DNA of 64,000 nt from Acanthaster planci (GCF_001949145.1 NW_019091362.1:434670-498669), one strand, 5' to 3'. Numbered from the stretch's first letter, positions 10,705 to 25,090 are shown. The notes: generated from the letters alone by a model not told the origin. Numbers and translations are program-made.

Positions 10705-13700
10705 CTGCAACAGAAAGAAAAAAGGAACAACCACTGATGAAAATCAGCCGATTTTATAGTGGTTATTAGAATGTGTAAACATGGGTACAAATACGGCCGC
10801 AAACATGGGTCCACTTTCTGTTACAAATGTACCATTACTATTTAACAAGCTAAAGGCAATGTTTAATCTGAGTATGCAAGCTGTGAAATTAAATAATTGG
10901 ACTTGTTTTGGTAAGTATTCAAACAAAGTGCGGTAATGACAAAGTCTGTGTCCCCCCCCAAAAAAAATCTTCCTACACAGGAAAATGCAAGAGGAAAGAG
11001 GTGCATTTCAAAAATGCAACATTTGCATTTATAATGCATTATTTATGGACATTGACTGAGTGCGTTCACAGAAAAAAGGTGACAGTTTTTTTCGTCCTGA
11101 TGAATTTGTATACGCACTGTTTAAACTTGATGACTCAACATGTCTGGCACTGTGATGAAGAACCTAATGTGTATGTCCTAATGCATGTAAATCCTATTCA
11201 TACATTTTACATATTAAAGGTCAAATGTTGCGGAAAATTTGGTTGAGCATTGTGCTTAAAGAACTACACTGGACTTCCAATTATGATCTGTTAAATGTCG
11301 ACTATGGCCACAGATAATCACTACATTGAGAAAATATCAAATCCAAAGCCACAGCCACAAAAAAGCTGAACTAGACAAAGCCTTTAGCATCTCAGTAGTG
11401 GCAAGTCGCAGGTCTTTGCGGGCTGAAAAAAAAAGCAAGCTGTCAACCTGCTGCATAGGTTAAAAAATCTGCTTACATGTAAAGCCAAAATGTGTTAGCT
11501 GGAAAGTCACACACTTCATGTTGCTTGAGACAAGGAAACTCAACTATTTTCTGCTACTAAAAACCTACATGTAAATGATGTTGGCAAATGTCGGAGGAAA
11601 ATGCTCCCAACTTTCCCCCAGGAAAACACTTGACAACAATTCCTTCTCAACATCAAGAAACAAGGTCAATCCAGCAAGAGCAAAGGTTAATGCCTGAACT
11701 ATCATTCAAACATGATTCAATTGTGGTTTCAAGAATCTGCAAGTTGGCCTGCTGATCAGAGGTAGAAACAGTACACTGATTCTTTTTTCAAGAAATTTCA
11801 GTGAGATCTTCTCAGGAATTTTTATTATTCCAGAAACCCAACTGAGAATAAGGTGAGCTTCAGATATGCGAGTTTCCAAACATTGCATTTGGCTTTGTCT
11901 AATTTTTTCACCCCTAATTTTTAAAATGGAACTCTGATCGTGCCACTGGAACATCTGACTGTATGCAAATAATGCAACTGCATCTGAAGTTTTTCTATTT
12001 AATTTGAACAATTTAAAGATGAGCCTAAGACGATGATGAAGCTGAGTATTGGAAAGCTGCCACGATCTCTGTCCCCACCTGTCAAACTAAGAATAGGTAA
12101 AATGTTACAGACACTATCTTAGTCTGGAACAGTGTTTATAAATAGATGGCGACTCGAAACGTCGGTCTGTGTACCCAGTATCCGTTCTGATTTATCCTTA
12201 GACAATGATAAACCAGATATGCTGCACCATTCATGTTAATGCCACTGAAGCATGGGAAGGGGCAGGTTGATTGTAGGCAGACATGAAGGAAACACTGAGT
12301 ACTTTCACATTGACCACATTTGCTTTAACGTCGATGAACCAATGATCAGTATAAAAAAAATGTCCCCATGGACGAGTTTAAGAAGGTGCTAACTTTCTGA
12401 CAAGCTGTAAGGACTACCCCTGTGTTTGTTATTTCTGTACCCTTGGTCTCTTTGAAGTAAATCAGGCAAAAACCCAAGGCTTTTCAGCGGCTAGTCATGG
12501 TGGCTACAGGAAAAAGGAATAGAATGGAAAGGTGGATAGAGAAAAGGATGGGGTGTTATGTTCGATATGAAACGCGATCGTTCACACTGCACATAAACCG
12601 GTGTGTGTTGTTAAAAGGCAAACATGTTTGGAAAACAGGATGAAGAAAAACAGTCAAAAACATTTCTCCTTTTCCACATGTATACATAGCAGTAACAAAA
12701 CTGCAGAAAAATAAGTTTTTGTTTTGATTGGTTGTTTGTTTGTTTGTTTGTTTTCTTACTCTGTTATTATATGTACGTGGTACATGTGCTTGGGAACAAT
12801 GACTTTTTCAGTTCGGTTTTGCACATGTACATTAACATGTACATTGGATGTTTGTCCCAAGTGGAAATTTTCTGAACGAAGTCTCATGCGAGTGTGGAGA
12901 TGAAACATTGAAAATGATTACTAAAAGGTTTCAAGAAGGAAGCATTACTTTAAATTGTGGGAAGGAAATCTGCAAAAAAAGAAAATCTACAATCAAGTAG
13001 GAACTGACAAGCTTGATATAATGTGCATACAAGGCTGGATTTGAATTAGGGTAAAAAAGGTAACAAAGACAGAACTGTTATGAAAACTGAACACAATCAA
13101 CATATTTACACGAATGTCAGCCTTGTTCCAGAGAATTTCCTCGTATTCTGTAAATAACTGATTTCTTGAAATATGAGCCAGCTAGGATGGTTTGCCCAGA
13201 AATGCACTGCGAATTACATCCTAATCACAGGATGCAGTTCTTTCCTTTTTTTGATATTTTATGCTATAAAAGTTTGCACTGGCATGCAGGGTATGGGATA
13301 TTTCAATCGGAGTAACACATGCATACACTCCCTATATTTCCTCTTTGGATTCACTGATAAAATGCTGTTAATGTCAAGAAACTGGATTGGTTTCAAATAT
13401 GGAGTAGCGTGTGATGCTGAGGTAAGGAATGGGGGCCCGTAACTGTTTTGTGCCAACAACTGGTTTCCAATATTTCAGAGAGGTTGTACTTGATCAAAGG
13501 GGAAGCAGTAAAAGCACTTCTTATCTTTAAATCTGATTGTCACAGGGTGTATTTATAGTCTTAGTTCATGACAGAGCTCCCCAGCGACTCATCTCCCAAT
13601 CTGGAACAGGAAACTTTGGAAATAGTGACTTGCGGTTCTACCGGCAGGGGTAAGAGGTCGCCGTTCCAGTCGTGTGCCGAAGCACTCAGAGACGAACCGG

Positions 13701-16410
13701 GGCAGACAGGGCTTCTCATGCTTATCTCTACTCCCCAAATTCCCTGATTTGACGTCAGCTTGGCAGGATATTTCAAATGGTTTCAGGAAGACAGGTGACC
13801 AGGCTAGAAGTAAAAATACTGGTCAGTTGGCAAACGAAAGTGAACTCTACAGCCTCTTGCTGAAGGAATCAAAATTAATCTGCAAATGTCAAAGTTGTGT
13901 ATGCTGTTCATGTACTGGATTTATATGACCCAAGGCTCTTCATAAAAAGCTGGATTTAAGAACAAAAATTCTGGAGAAGCAGACCTGAAAAGTAGTGCAT
14001 GGTAAGTGTTTTCAGTATTTTAATTTTGAAATAGAAATTGAACATAAATATGATCAAAACCAGTGTCTCCTGGGCAATAGTTGTCAGTGGAAACTTACAC
14101 ACATTTATTGCATTGTATTTCCAATAATCCCTTTGGTATTGGTAGGACAGATATGTCCATAAATCACAGTTGGGACAATGTAGCAATGAACTGACCTCAT
14201 CTCAAAGCTTGTTTTTTTCCCTTAATTATAAAAACTAGCACCTTCTGAATCACTTTAGTGCACTAAATTTGAAGTCTAAACACCGTAGGTCATTGTATGT
14301 GCTGTACATGTGTGTACTCCAGACAGACACCATCATCACGGAAGTTTGGTAACTATAAAATAACAAGTTTCCCTGTGAGTTCTAAGAAGAGACATTGAAC
14401 TCATCTGTGATATTAGCTGTTTCTAAGAATTCATACCAGGTTGACTTAAAGTGCAGAGTATTACTCATTTCTCATGACTGTACGGAGTAACAAACAAACT
14501 TCCCTTTCTATTGACCCAACAGCGTGCTAAGCTAACATAAACATGCTTGAGAAATATGCTTAAAATAAGCACGGTCAAAGTCTTTGTGTACATACAGCAA
14601 TAAATTTTCCATAATTAGTGATTACCATGCCATATTGCCCTGAATGTCACCTTTTAAACTTTTCAGTTGGGTAGTGCCTGTGTAAGAAATGAACACTGAT
14701 TTGCTATAAATATGCATGACTCAACTTAACCACTCCCTGCAGGGGATTACGGATCCAAACATGTATGTTTTATATGCGTGGCCGGGGTCTCCAAACTCGG
14801 ACAAAGGGAACAGGGAAAAGACCGTACTTGGAACAAAAGACCAGGCTGCTAGGAATTACTGACATTTTTTTCACTCTTAAAAGTGGAGATAATCCAGCCT
14901 TGTTTTGAAACAGTATACCATGGTTTGGGGCATTTAGAGCGAGTGAATTACCACTGGGGACAAAAGGAGCTCCACCACCGCAGCATTGAGCGACACAGGA
15001 CCGCTGCAAGCTAATCTGGCCGCTATTGAAAAGAGGTCGGCAGCACACTGAGTCAGGTTCGTAAACAAAAGAAAGTTATATAACACTGCACAATCTGGGT
15101 TCTTTTTACAAGGCTGAAGGCCTGGCTGAAATACTCGGGCATCAATAGATTTTGTTTGTCAGGCTAGAGGGGCCACCAGAAAGTCCTTCATGTGTTTGTA
15201 AGTGTCCAGTAAATGAAGATAGTAATTTTTAAAGAATTTTGAAAACAGACAAAATGATAAATATCGTGGCCCAGCATCATCAACATTGATAACTGCCCCT
15301 GCAAGAAGTGGTTAAGAAGGTAAGTTGGAAGTTGCCAGAGCAAACTTTGAGTTAAAGACATTTCAAACATTCTTGCAATGGAAATCAGCAGAAATCCCGA
15401 CCATTTTTCCCCTATCTAATGTCCACTTTTGTCAGGATATCAAACTGAGGTAACAAACCAGAACAAAAGGTTGGCGTGTAGTTTCTATTGCATACTAAAA
15501 CAAACTTTCTGCAAAGTGGTCTTAGGACTCATTTTGGGGGATCCAGCCACATACGAAAGCAGGTGAAGTTGGATCCAATAATGAGAATGACATACGCAGC
15601 CGGTGGATAGACAAAGATGGGAATGGAGGAAGTCAGTATTTCCTCAGTGACACTTCCGACAAGAAGGCAAGCTGATGAACCTAACTATCATTAACAACAG
15701 CTGCTTGAGCTGAACCAATCAAAAATGATGTCTCACTCAAATGAACAATCTCAACAAATTAAAGAGCATGTTAGTTAAATCTGGAGTCTGGAGCAGGATC
15801 AACGATAGAGGATGAGACACAGCAAAACCTCACTGCAATCCCACATACACTAGCCATTATTAGTAAGAACTGAACTGTATTTGTCTTCAGAGTTGGTTAA
15901 AGGGAGAAGCGAATTTCAAAGTGAGACAGTAAGTTTTAGTGGCAAAACTACCCTTCAGACTGTGAGACTCTGAGGATAACTCATGACTTTACAGTGAATG
16001 TTCCAACAGTATTGAAGCAAAAGAGTGTAGTGTACTTGTGCCCCATTTCTGCTCTGTACATACACTCCCATGCAATCTTCTCCCAAACTTTTGTGCACAT
16101 TCAAATGAAAATTAGTCGTGTTTGCTCTACATGTACATCAAAGGTGTACAAATTGGTGTGGGTAGGCTGGCACTGCATTTCTTCTGTAAGGAAACTAGAC
16201 AGGATTTTGGGACTCTGGTGCATCCCAATTTTTGGTCTTCAACAGTAACTACATTGTAAGTTAGAATACATGAAGTCCTACAGAATAAGACAGTATCACA
16301 GAAAAACTTTCCTCCAAGTGGTTGTGATGAGTATGGTACACCCAGTCATCTATTCTCCCTATACTCTTCTTTCATGACCCCCCCTTCTCCCCATCCTGCT
16401 CAGGACATAC

Positions 16411-16578
16411 CGTATGTGATGCCGCGGAGAGGACTGTACACTACTGACTGCTGGATTTGCCCCGTGGGGGATAATCGGTGTGGACGGTGAAGACGACGGG
16501 GCTCCATCACGACGATTTGAAAGCGCCCTCAGCTGCCGAGAGGCCTGACGAAGGTTTTGGTGATGGGTCAGTTGTATT
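16411..16578 (-). CDS. SGCE: Sarcoglycan exon 9 (conserved cytoplasmic segment)
   Basis: IQLTHHQNLRQASRQLRALSNRRDG resembles human SGCE [24 protein letters not shown]. Acceptor TTCTCTGCAG, donor CG|GTATGT, 168 nt. Confidence 0.92.
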
Positions 16579-17010
16579 CTGCAGAGAAGGGTGGCCACGG
16601 GCCAAAAGGAAAAAGGTAAGTAAAAAAGGTAACAAGCGAAACTGATACACTTTTTGTTAAAGGAGGTTTGTCAAATGATAAAAGTAAGAATTCATTCACA
16701 GGCGAGACTACTCAAAAATAAATGTCAAAAGCAGAGTTTTTTCTGACGTCACTTCTACCAACACATCAGAATCAATTTCCTATCAAATTTCTACAATAAA
16801 AACAAGAAGCTTGTTATACTTTTAGAGCACTCCGAAATGAGAATTTGTAAATTCCAAATCCTCTGGAATTCTTTCAAGTTCCAAATGCCACTGGCTTACA
16901 TATGTTACAAGATTATTTAACCATCTAGTCCTCGACTATGTAAAAAATACTGGATAGAAAAGTTGAGGGTTTTGTCTGAAGTCCTTGATTATGTAAAAAA
17001 TATAACCAAA

Positions 17011-17976
17011 GAGCTATTAAACACAAGGAGTTAGAATGAAGCTCCTACAGACTGTAATCCGATTAACTGCTCTGGTCGGCTCCACAGGCAAGGCGCGGTT
17101 ACCTGCCCCAGTGCTGAAGACCCTTAGACATTCTTTGTACACAGTGATCGCCACCGCCAGGTAGCTGGTAACCCACATACTCCCCGTGTTTCACTGCGGC
17201 ATACTGGAGTAAATAAAAGGTGGAAAAGATGCACGAAGAAGATGCATAGTTCTCTTCTGTAGTCGTCAGGTGTCAGCGAGCGATCCCCGCAGATGTGCTA
17301 GACAATTCTGAATCAGCGGGGGTTATTTGGCAAAAAGTCAGATGTTTTTAAAGTCAGTTATGACATTTTGCGGTTTTGGCGGTAGCGAACTAATACCTAA
17401 AATATGAACTGCAATATTTATATCATAAGTCGCAATCCTAGTGGTTCCTACGATTAAAAGGTAGAAACATATTACAGAAATGCATTTGACAACGTGACAA
17501 GGTTTCATGCCGAGAGAGTTGTGGACAAAGACAGAATGGACAACGCATTTCCGCATGTTTGTGTGTGTTTTTTATTTTGCTCTGGACCAGCTACATTCTT
17601 TCAGTTTTCTTGCGCGTATTTTTGGAGAATTTGTATCAGTTAGTAATTCTGTTAACTGTTAAGAGAGACGTTCTGGGGATGCAAAGATGTAACCAGACTT
17701 TCATTGTCATCGGAATATCAGAATATCGGAATATCAGAATTTAAGTCTCCAATGACGGGGGTTTCCATCTCAAGGTAGCCATGTTGAACATGTGGAAGTG
17801 TGACGGACACGCATGCGCGGTACCCACAATTCTTTGCAAATGCAACTCTGAGCATTCCTTGTAGCCTGCAAGCGGCGTGGAATTTGTTTTGTCCTTGCAG
17901 TACGTACAGTGCTGGAAGTGGCTATCATTGACCCTTTTGATCTCTGTATGTGCTGACTCCTTGTGTATAATAGCTC
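17011..17976. mobile_element. Non-autonomous TIR DNA transposon (966 bp, GAG..CTC ends)
   Basis: 24-bp TIRs GAGCTATTAAACACAAGGAGTTAG and CTGACTCCTTGTGTATAATAGCTC match at 22 of 24. CpG-rich interior. No clean TSD, but the flanks share ATATAACCAAAG and GGATAGAAAAGTTGAGGGTT. Confidence 0.75.
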
Positions 17977-19269
17977 CATGATATAACCAAAGTTGGAGGA
18001 TAGAAAAGTTGAGGGTTATTGTCTGAAGGGGTAAAATGTTAAATACAAACTGTATGTAAATATTGTGATAAAAGTTCTGTGTAAAATTAAGTATTCTGGA
18101 ACAATGATAGTAAATTATCATGTGCGAAAACTGAGACAGACACAACCTTAAAACAGTAACTTATGGGGAAAAAAAATGGAGAAATACGACAACAAAAAAG
18201 AGAAACAAAAACTGAAGAGGAAACTGCACCTACATGAATGCACATGTTACAGTAAATTCAGAAAAATAAAGCCTTTTGCTCTTGGACAGAATGGAAGGGA
18301 CTACCTCCAACGAAACAGATATTACATGGACTGTAAAAAAACAGAGACATTAGAGCAGGGAAGATCTTCATGATAAAATAATAAAAAGTGGAAACAGCAT
18401 TAAAATGAGTTAGTAAGTCAAATTAATCATGTGCAACAAAAGTGACATGATAAATAAAACATGCACGCAACCACTTACTCAAAAGAAACACAAAACAAAA
18501 CAGAACACAACAGAAACACAAACAAAAAACAACAACTGTGTGAAATGAAAAGGTTTTTTTTCATTATGCAAATCAAACAACTATTTATGCCAAAACAACG
18601 CCCCCTTTCAAAATGTTTCCAAATACTGACAGTATCTGGGGTACAAGGACTCTACTAGAAATCCTTGTAAAGTTACCAACAAAGTTGTTCCTCAACAGCC
18701 CCCAACCGTTCCAGTTATTCTCATTCTGACTTTAGAGATTATGGATAACAGACAGGAAATGCCCTTTTCAATCTGCCTTTCTGAAGCGACACGCCTAAAT
18801 CTTGAAGTAGTTTATGAATTTCGGAAAACGGCTAATTCAGTCTTAGCAACAGCATTTCTGATATGCTGCAGTTCCTGAATGAAAAAAATGAAGAACAACA
18901 ATCATTCCTACATCTGCCCTTAGACTGTTTAAATTGAAGAGAGTCATCCACGGAAAATTTCAAAGTCAAAGAAAAAAAAAAAGAACATCCGTGGTATTGA
19001 TTGGACTCACATGACACTGATGTGTCATTTTCTTTGGGATGTTCAGATATAAAAACGGTACCAACAGACTCTCTAGTGGTTCTGATAATCCATGCAGACT
19101 AGAAAGATGCTGCTGAGTATTCAATTCAGTACTTCATGTTCATAATAATAATAATCACTACTTATGTAGCGCATATTAAGGAATGCCTCTATGAATTGTT
19201 GTAACTTAGTTCTTTTCCTTGCTTGTATATTCTGCATTTGTGAAACAATCTCTTCAAAAATCTCTGGGT

Positions 19270-19390
19270 TATGGGCTCTCATACAGGGGTCAGTCCTTAG
19301 ACCTGTATTGTTCTCATTCTACACGGCGCTGGGACAAATTATTCAACAGCATGATACTTCCTATCACTGCTATGCAGATGACTCCCACAA
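19270..19390 (+). mobile_element. LINE (L2/CR1 clade) reverse-transcriptase fragment
   Basis: Translates QGSVLRPVLFSFYTALGQIIQQHDTSYHCYADDS, matching the RT motifs PQGSVLGPxLF and YADD. Confidence 0.85.
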
Positions 19391-22300
19391 AATTAGGCAA
19401 TGGAATACCGAGAGGTCATTTGTTGAATTGTAAGTTCAACATTACTTTTGGTGAGGATTACATTCTATCGCTCCCCATCTCTCAATACATCTCACCAACC
19501 TTGTATCACAAGTAATTAATGCACTTTCATACATTTCTGTACAATCTGCTCTGATACAAAGCACCACTGTCAACCCTTTTAACCTGTAATTCTTTATCTG
19601 GTTTATCACTGCAGTCCTAACCCAAAGTGGTAATTTTTAACTTGTGGACATTCTTTTTCTTTATAAAATACAACCACATGTACTGCAAACATACGAGACA
19701 CAGGCTGTGTCCAAATCAATTGGCAGTGGCTTGGAGTAGCACACATATCTATGGAAAGGGCTGTAGCCACTACCAAGTGGCTCCCATAGGGACATATGTT
19801 ATCCTAAACCATAGCCAAGTAGATGCAGCCAAATAGAGGTTATGGATTGCTGGTATCTCCATGGTGTCTCAGAGGCTGTTTTTGTTATTTTAATTTAGTT
19901 ACAATGAATCACAAAAAATGGAAAGCCTGACTTTTCGATCCTGGTAGAATCGTTCTCAAGGCCTTTGAGAAAGATTATATTTCTAGATTCTGCTAGCATC
20001 GAAATGTCAGGCCTCCATATTTTGTGAATTGTAGTTTAGGTCCCTATAGTCAGCAAGCAGTTTGCAGCAGTTTTTGGATTACACATCTCTAGTTACAATG
20101 AATGCACAAAAGATTCACTCGAGCCTACACGTCTTGTCTGAGGTAATCTTAGCTCTGATACAGTGGGCAAAATGTAATGAGGGGAGAACAGTCGAAGGTC
20201 TACTTTCATACAAATTCTACCAAAAAGGAGAGGAAATAAGACATGCAAGAATTGCGCAGAATCGTCGCATACAAACCTGAAGAAGGTCAATCTGTGAGAA
20301 TGTGCAAGGGAGGAAAGAGTCAAAGAATCAGTGGAATAGGGTGAAAGAATGGATTGCAGTGACCAACAATCAAGGCTGGTGGAGTGATAGACCAAATAGA
20401 AGAGATTAAATGAGGCTTAAAAGGCATGAGAAAATGATTAGTGATGTTTTGATCGGTGCACCACAAGAGCTTCTGTGTTTAATACTCCAGCAAGAGACCA
20501 TTTGAAGATGAAGCATGTGACTGTGATCCTTTCAGTGCATCATACATCACAGAGGAAGTCTAAATGAAAGTCTTCTTCTACTTTTAGACATTACATTTCA
20601 GTTCTGACTCAAAGGAATAAGTTCGTAATAGAAAACAAAAATCGTGCTTAACTTCCCATTTATAAATTAGTTTTCAAACTTTGAATCTTTTCGGGATATG
20701 ATTATCTTATAACAGAGGCTAGCGAAAGCTTAGACAGAATTGATTTTGTGTGCAGTTGGAAATATGTTCCTACTTCAAACAAATGTTCAGTGGAAACACA
20801 ATATTTCTAGTGAAATCATCCTGCAGCCCCCCAAACGAAGTTCTGTATCAAACTTTAACCAACTCTGGCCAACTTCAACCCAAGAAATCAGAGCAGATTC
20901 TAGCCCTCTTGGACAGAAAATCCTTGTGATTCAGCATCAGCAGCCACTGACAACACATGTACATGTATGTCATGACAGACTCCAGCACCTTGACTCACAC
21001 AAAATGCACTTGGCAAAAAGCAAACACCTGTTGACAGATGAAGTTGTCAGAAAGGCCAAAGAGATCGTTTGCAATTACTCAGAAACCCACTGGTGCCAAC
21101 TTAATTACTGATCAAACAGTGCTCAATGGTAAGGTTGGGATGGTACCAAGTGATTCTTGTTTAGCAATGTTGTCATTCATGAGAACACTGTGGATCATTC
21201 TATGACCACACCCAAGATGTCCTCAGGTTCAGTGTCCAATTATGTCTGATGTCCCATGTGGGAATAAAATATGAATCTGATTTTGTACTGCTGGGACAAA
21301 CTTTTCCATTAGGTGCTTTCTCAGCTTGTCAATGCCGTGACTGTTTCAATTTCCAAGAAGAGAATGCCATTATTCTTCACAGTCTCTGTAAAAAGTAAAT
21401 CCAGCAAGTGAAAAAGAAACACATTTGGGCTTTCAGGTACTAAGGTCAATTTTTTTATGAGTAAAGTTAAGGGAATGGAAATGACTGCACTAGTCAGTAA
21501 GTAACTGATCCCATTACCAGGACATACATGTCGCTTTTTGTCCGGATTCCAATGAACGGGTTGAAAAGACTACTTACAAAAAAAGGACCAACAATTTCAA
21601 TATGTGACGGTGGATATTAAGAGATTGTACTTGTTTAAGAAATTAGTGATTTGGCAGAATGTTAAAATAGAGCAATGGAAATACATGTACATGTACTTTT
21701 AAATGTCCGAGACTAAAACTATTATGAAAACAATACGATGTTTGGAAATGCTAATAAATGCAATGATGGCAATGTTTATTATTTATAAAAAATCAAGAAA
21801 GAAAAATCAAGAAGTAAAAAAAAATCAAGAAAACCTACATGTACAGCCCAAAACAAAAAGATCTGTGTATTTTATTAAAACCCTCATTTGGTTTTACAGC
21901 ACAAATATACACAAGTGCCCAAGGTCACTCTCTTGCATGTTGGTGCAGTGCACAACACAACACAGCTGTGCTTCTTTGAAGTGTTTACCAAGTGACCCAA
22001 AGAGTGACTTCAGCATAGGAGGGTTAACAAAATCAAATTTGTTTCAAATCTACAGCAAAAACGTTTGTAAAATTATACAGGATTTCTATATAATTTCAGA
22101 CCCTGTAAAACAGTACAAACACATGTGTAAGCACTTGGAACAATTCCAAGTTTCTTTTTTGCTTTTGTATGCTCCCCACATAGACATAGCTTCTGCCGCA
22201 CTGCACAGTCCTCCAGTTTCCTCAAATCATCAAATCTATTTAGCTTTAATAGAATGGACAGCAGAAGGTCATGATGTTGTAAAAATGTTTCCGATTGTTA

Positions 22301-23533
22301 TCAAATTGCTGGGACTGACACAAGCAGTCATAATGTCAATGAACTTTTCAAAGTCACAACAAGAAGTTGTGATGTTTTCAAGGGCCAGTTCAAGTTACGA
22401 AGGGTCCAAGTATTAGGCCAGTTTCTAGTTGTTTGTTATCAGGAAAAAGAGGGAAAAGATGACAGCAATCATCTGCCTGAAGCAAAAAAGTCACTGTAAT
22501 GCATGATGCTAAACCAACATCTAAAGCTCACTATCCGCACATGATTTATGGCAATGCATAAATTAATTTTAACGCTGTCCTCCCAAGATAGATTGAAACT
22601 ATAAATTTGGTAAAGGCTAGCAGGGGACCAGTGCAAATGTCACAGCAAAGAGGATATCTAATAAGGACATATGTTTCCTGCGCCAGGATGTGGTCATGGC
22701 AACGTGAGTGATGGATGGACGCTGGTGACCCATTGAACAATACAACAGAGGGCGCTGTTCATCTGTAGCAGTCACGCAGTCTAAAAAAATTATCAAGGCA
22801 ACCACAGAAACTCCTGCCAATTGAAACTGTTTCACTGTGGCATTTCTGCATCAATGAATCTTTCATGCAGACTGATGCCCTTTCTTATTTCTAGGGTGCT
22901 ATCTGCACACTTGATTCATGAAAATCAAAGTTGAAAAACTGACCAGTCAGTTTAAAGCTGCTGTCATTCAAGATTACGACTATGGGATATACATGTTGTT
23001 ATGGGCACAGGCCACATCTTTCTCCCTGAGGTGACTCTGGAAACATTAACTCTCACCCAATTTAGAGTTGTGCAAAACGGTGACGGGTATTGGTGAAAAA
23101 AGGAGTGAAGTAACCCTTCACAACTGTTAAATGGTACTACGTCAATGCCATAGCGTTCACAGGAAACAAGTCATACCGAACTTTAGTCCATGCTAAATGT
23201 ACATGACAATGGATTCACACCAGAATGAGGCCAGGTAGAAAGAAACATCCAGAAATGCTGCTTGGGGCCAATTTAACATAAAAATTATGATGGGGGAGGG
23301 AATTTATTTCAGACTTCTGTTTGCTTCGTTTAAAAAAAAAATGAACTGGACATTAATCAATATGGGCAAATAATATGATAGACCGGTTGCAGGTCAAACA
23401 CGAATAAATTGAAAATGAGTAAGTTTTAGAGTTGAAGTTTATGAGTAAACACTTGAGTATCAGTTAACCAATCAGACATGGACAAATGAAAACAGAAATT
23501 AGTTTCAAGCAATTACCACGAGGAAGTACTTAC

Positions 23534-23557
23534 TCAGGAGTTCTTGCAATATGTTTG
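23534..23557 (-). CDS. SGCE: Sarcoglycan exon 8, 24-nt microexon
   Basis: TTTTCCCTAACAG|CAAACATATTGCAAGAACTCCTGA|GTAAGT, phase 2-2, encodes (S)KHIARTP(E). Equivalent to human VEKRNMQTPD just before IQL. Confidence 0.88.
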   Translation of the reverse strand, partial: QTYCKNS

Positions 23558-23954
23558 CTGTTAGGGAAAATAAGAGAGATGAAACTGTGAATAATAGGAA
23601 AAAGAGAGTTCAAGACAAACAGTGACTTTGATGCAGTAAGTCTGGTAAGTTTTGGTAACCGATATACAACAAAACTGGGGCATTTGAATTTAAGACTGGG
23701 AATTCAAAATAAGTGTTTTTTCAGGATGATGTGCCTTCACAGTTGAATGGATGATACAGCATCAAAACACCTCACTTGGGGACAAAAGCAATGAGCACCT
23801 GTAGAGTGAGATAATGTGCTTTGAAACAGAGTAACCAACCAATAAACAATCAATTAATTTACATCGGTACTCTCAGCTAGTGTTCTTTGAGCAACACAGA
23901 TTTAGCAACCTAGGTTTCAAGGCCATGAATTTAACTCTGGCAAGTGATACTTAC

Positions 23955-24160
23955 GAACTACCCCTGAAGCTACACATCAGGACGCCCAGCACAATGACAA
24001 AGATCAATGCCACGGCCAGCGGCGGAATGACAATCAGCAGAAATTCTACCAGGTGATTGGGCGGCTCGTTGGTCAGCGCTGGAGGATGGTACTCACCGCC
24101 CAGGGTGACCGGCTTGGCGCCTGAAGGTGTGTTCAGCTGGGATGACCTGTTTGCTTGGGT
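23955..24160 (-). CDS. SGCE: Sarcoglycan exon 7 (stalk and transmembrane helix)
   Basis: Not in the ORF track frame. Reads TQANRSSQLNTPSGAKPVTLGGEYHPPALTNEPPNHLVEFLLIVIPPLAVALIFVIVLGVLMCSFRGS, with the TM helix ending in MC as in SGCE (AYIMCC). Acceptor TTCTTTTCAG, donor GTAAGT. Confidence 0.93.
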
Positions 24161-25004
24161 CTGAAAAGAAACACAGACAGTAGCCTTGATGGCTGACTTG
24201 CATCAACGTCACTTGCATGACCTTGTCTGGGGACAGTCTGGGAGGCAAAGATAGATGACCCCTGATGACATACATGTAAACTGACCGGATCATGACACAG
24301 GCATCCTATTGTCATACAAGTTTGTGTGGATGTACGTGCTGGTGAGTAGTTCTAAGGTAACTAATATTTAGCCTAACAATGTCCATGCTTGACCTATGAC
24401 ATGCTCCAGTTATCTTTACTCATCTCCTTATTTCATAACATACTCCGTTTGAAAGGTCGAAAGTAGATTCATTTACTTATCAGAAATCAACATTTAGTTA
24501 AAAATCAAACATCTCAACCCAAGACAACTATTGGATTACTAAAAACATACTAAAAAGATGGAATGCTTCTAAGTAACCAATGCGTGAAGATGCACTTGCA
24601 CGCCCTGTGCCACGTATTGAAAAGCTTCCCATGGGTCTATAACACCAACTTAACTTATAACACCAAATTTATGTACCCAACATACAACAAAACATGGACA
24701 AATCTTTACAGAAGTAAATGTTATGGACATTATGGCAAAGCAGCACTTAGACTACATCAAAATACAAGTCTCTCTCAACTGACATCACTTCCTACAGACT
24801 GTCAAATGCACTGGCATTTTCAGTGTCAAATTTTCATGATGTACATTGGCTACATGTATGCCATACATGAAAGAAATTTCAAGCAATGTGTGCATTCAGA
24901 ACATTTTGTAAATTGTGCGGATTGGTGTCATTATACATAAACGTGTCGTTTTTGTTTATGAGAGGGATCTATGAGGGGAAAGAGCTATGTGCATATAAGT
25001 CCAG

Positions 25005-25090
25005 ATCTTTGCCAGTTGCAAATACATCTTTGCCAGTTGCAAATACATCTTTGCCAGTTGCAAATACATCTTTGCCAGTTGCAAATACAT
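25005..25090. repeat. 21-bp minisatellite x 4
   Basis: Four exact copies of ATCTTTGCCAGTTGCAAATAC. Confidence 0.95.

Noticed and set aside
15180..15860. Possible decayed retroelement coding remnant
   Set aside because: No RT or endonuclease motif could be read with confidence.
21703..22416. 237-aa plus-strand ORF in sarcoglycan intron 8
   Set aside because: AT-rich, no recognisable domain, composition like the surrounding intron; probably chance.
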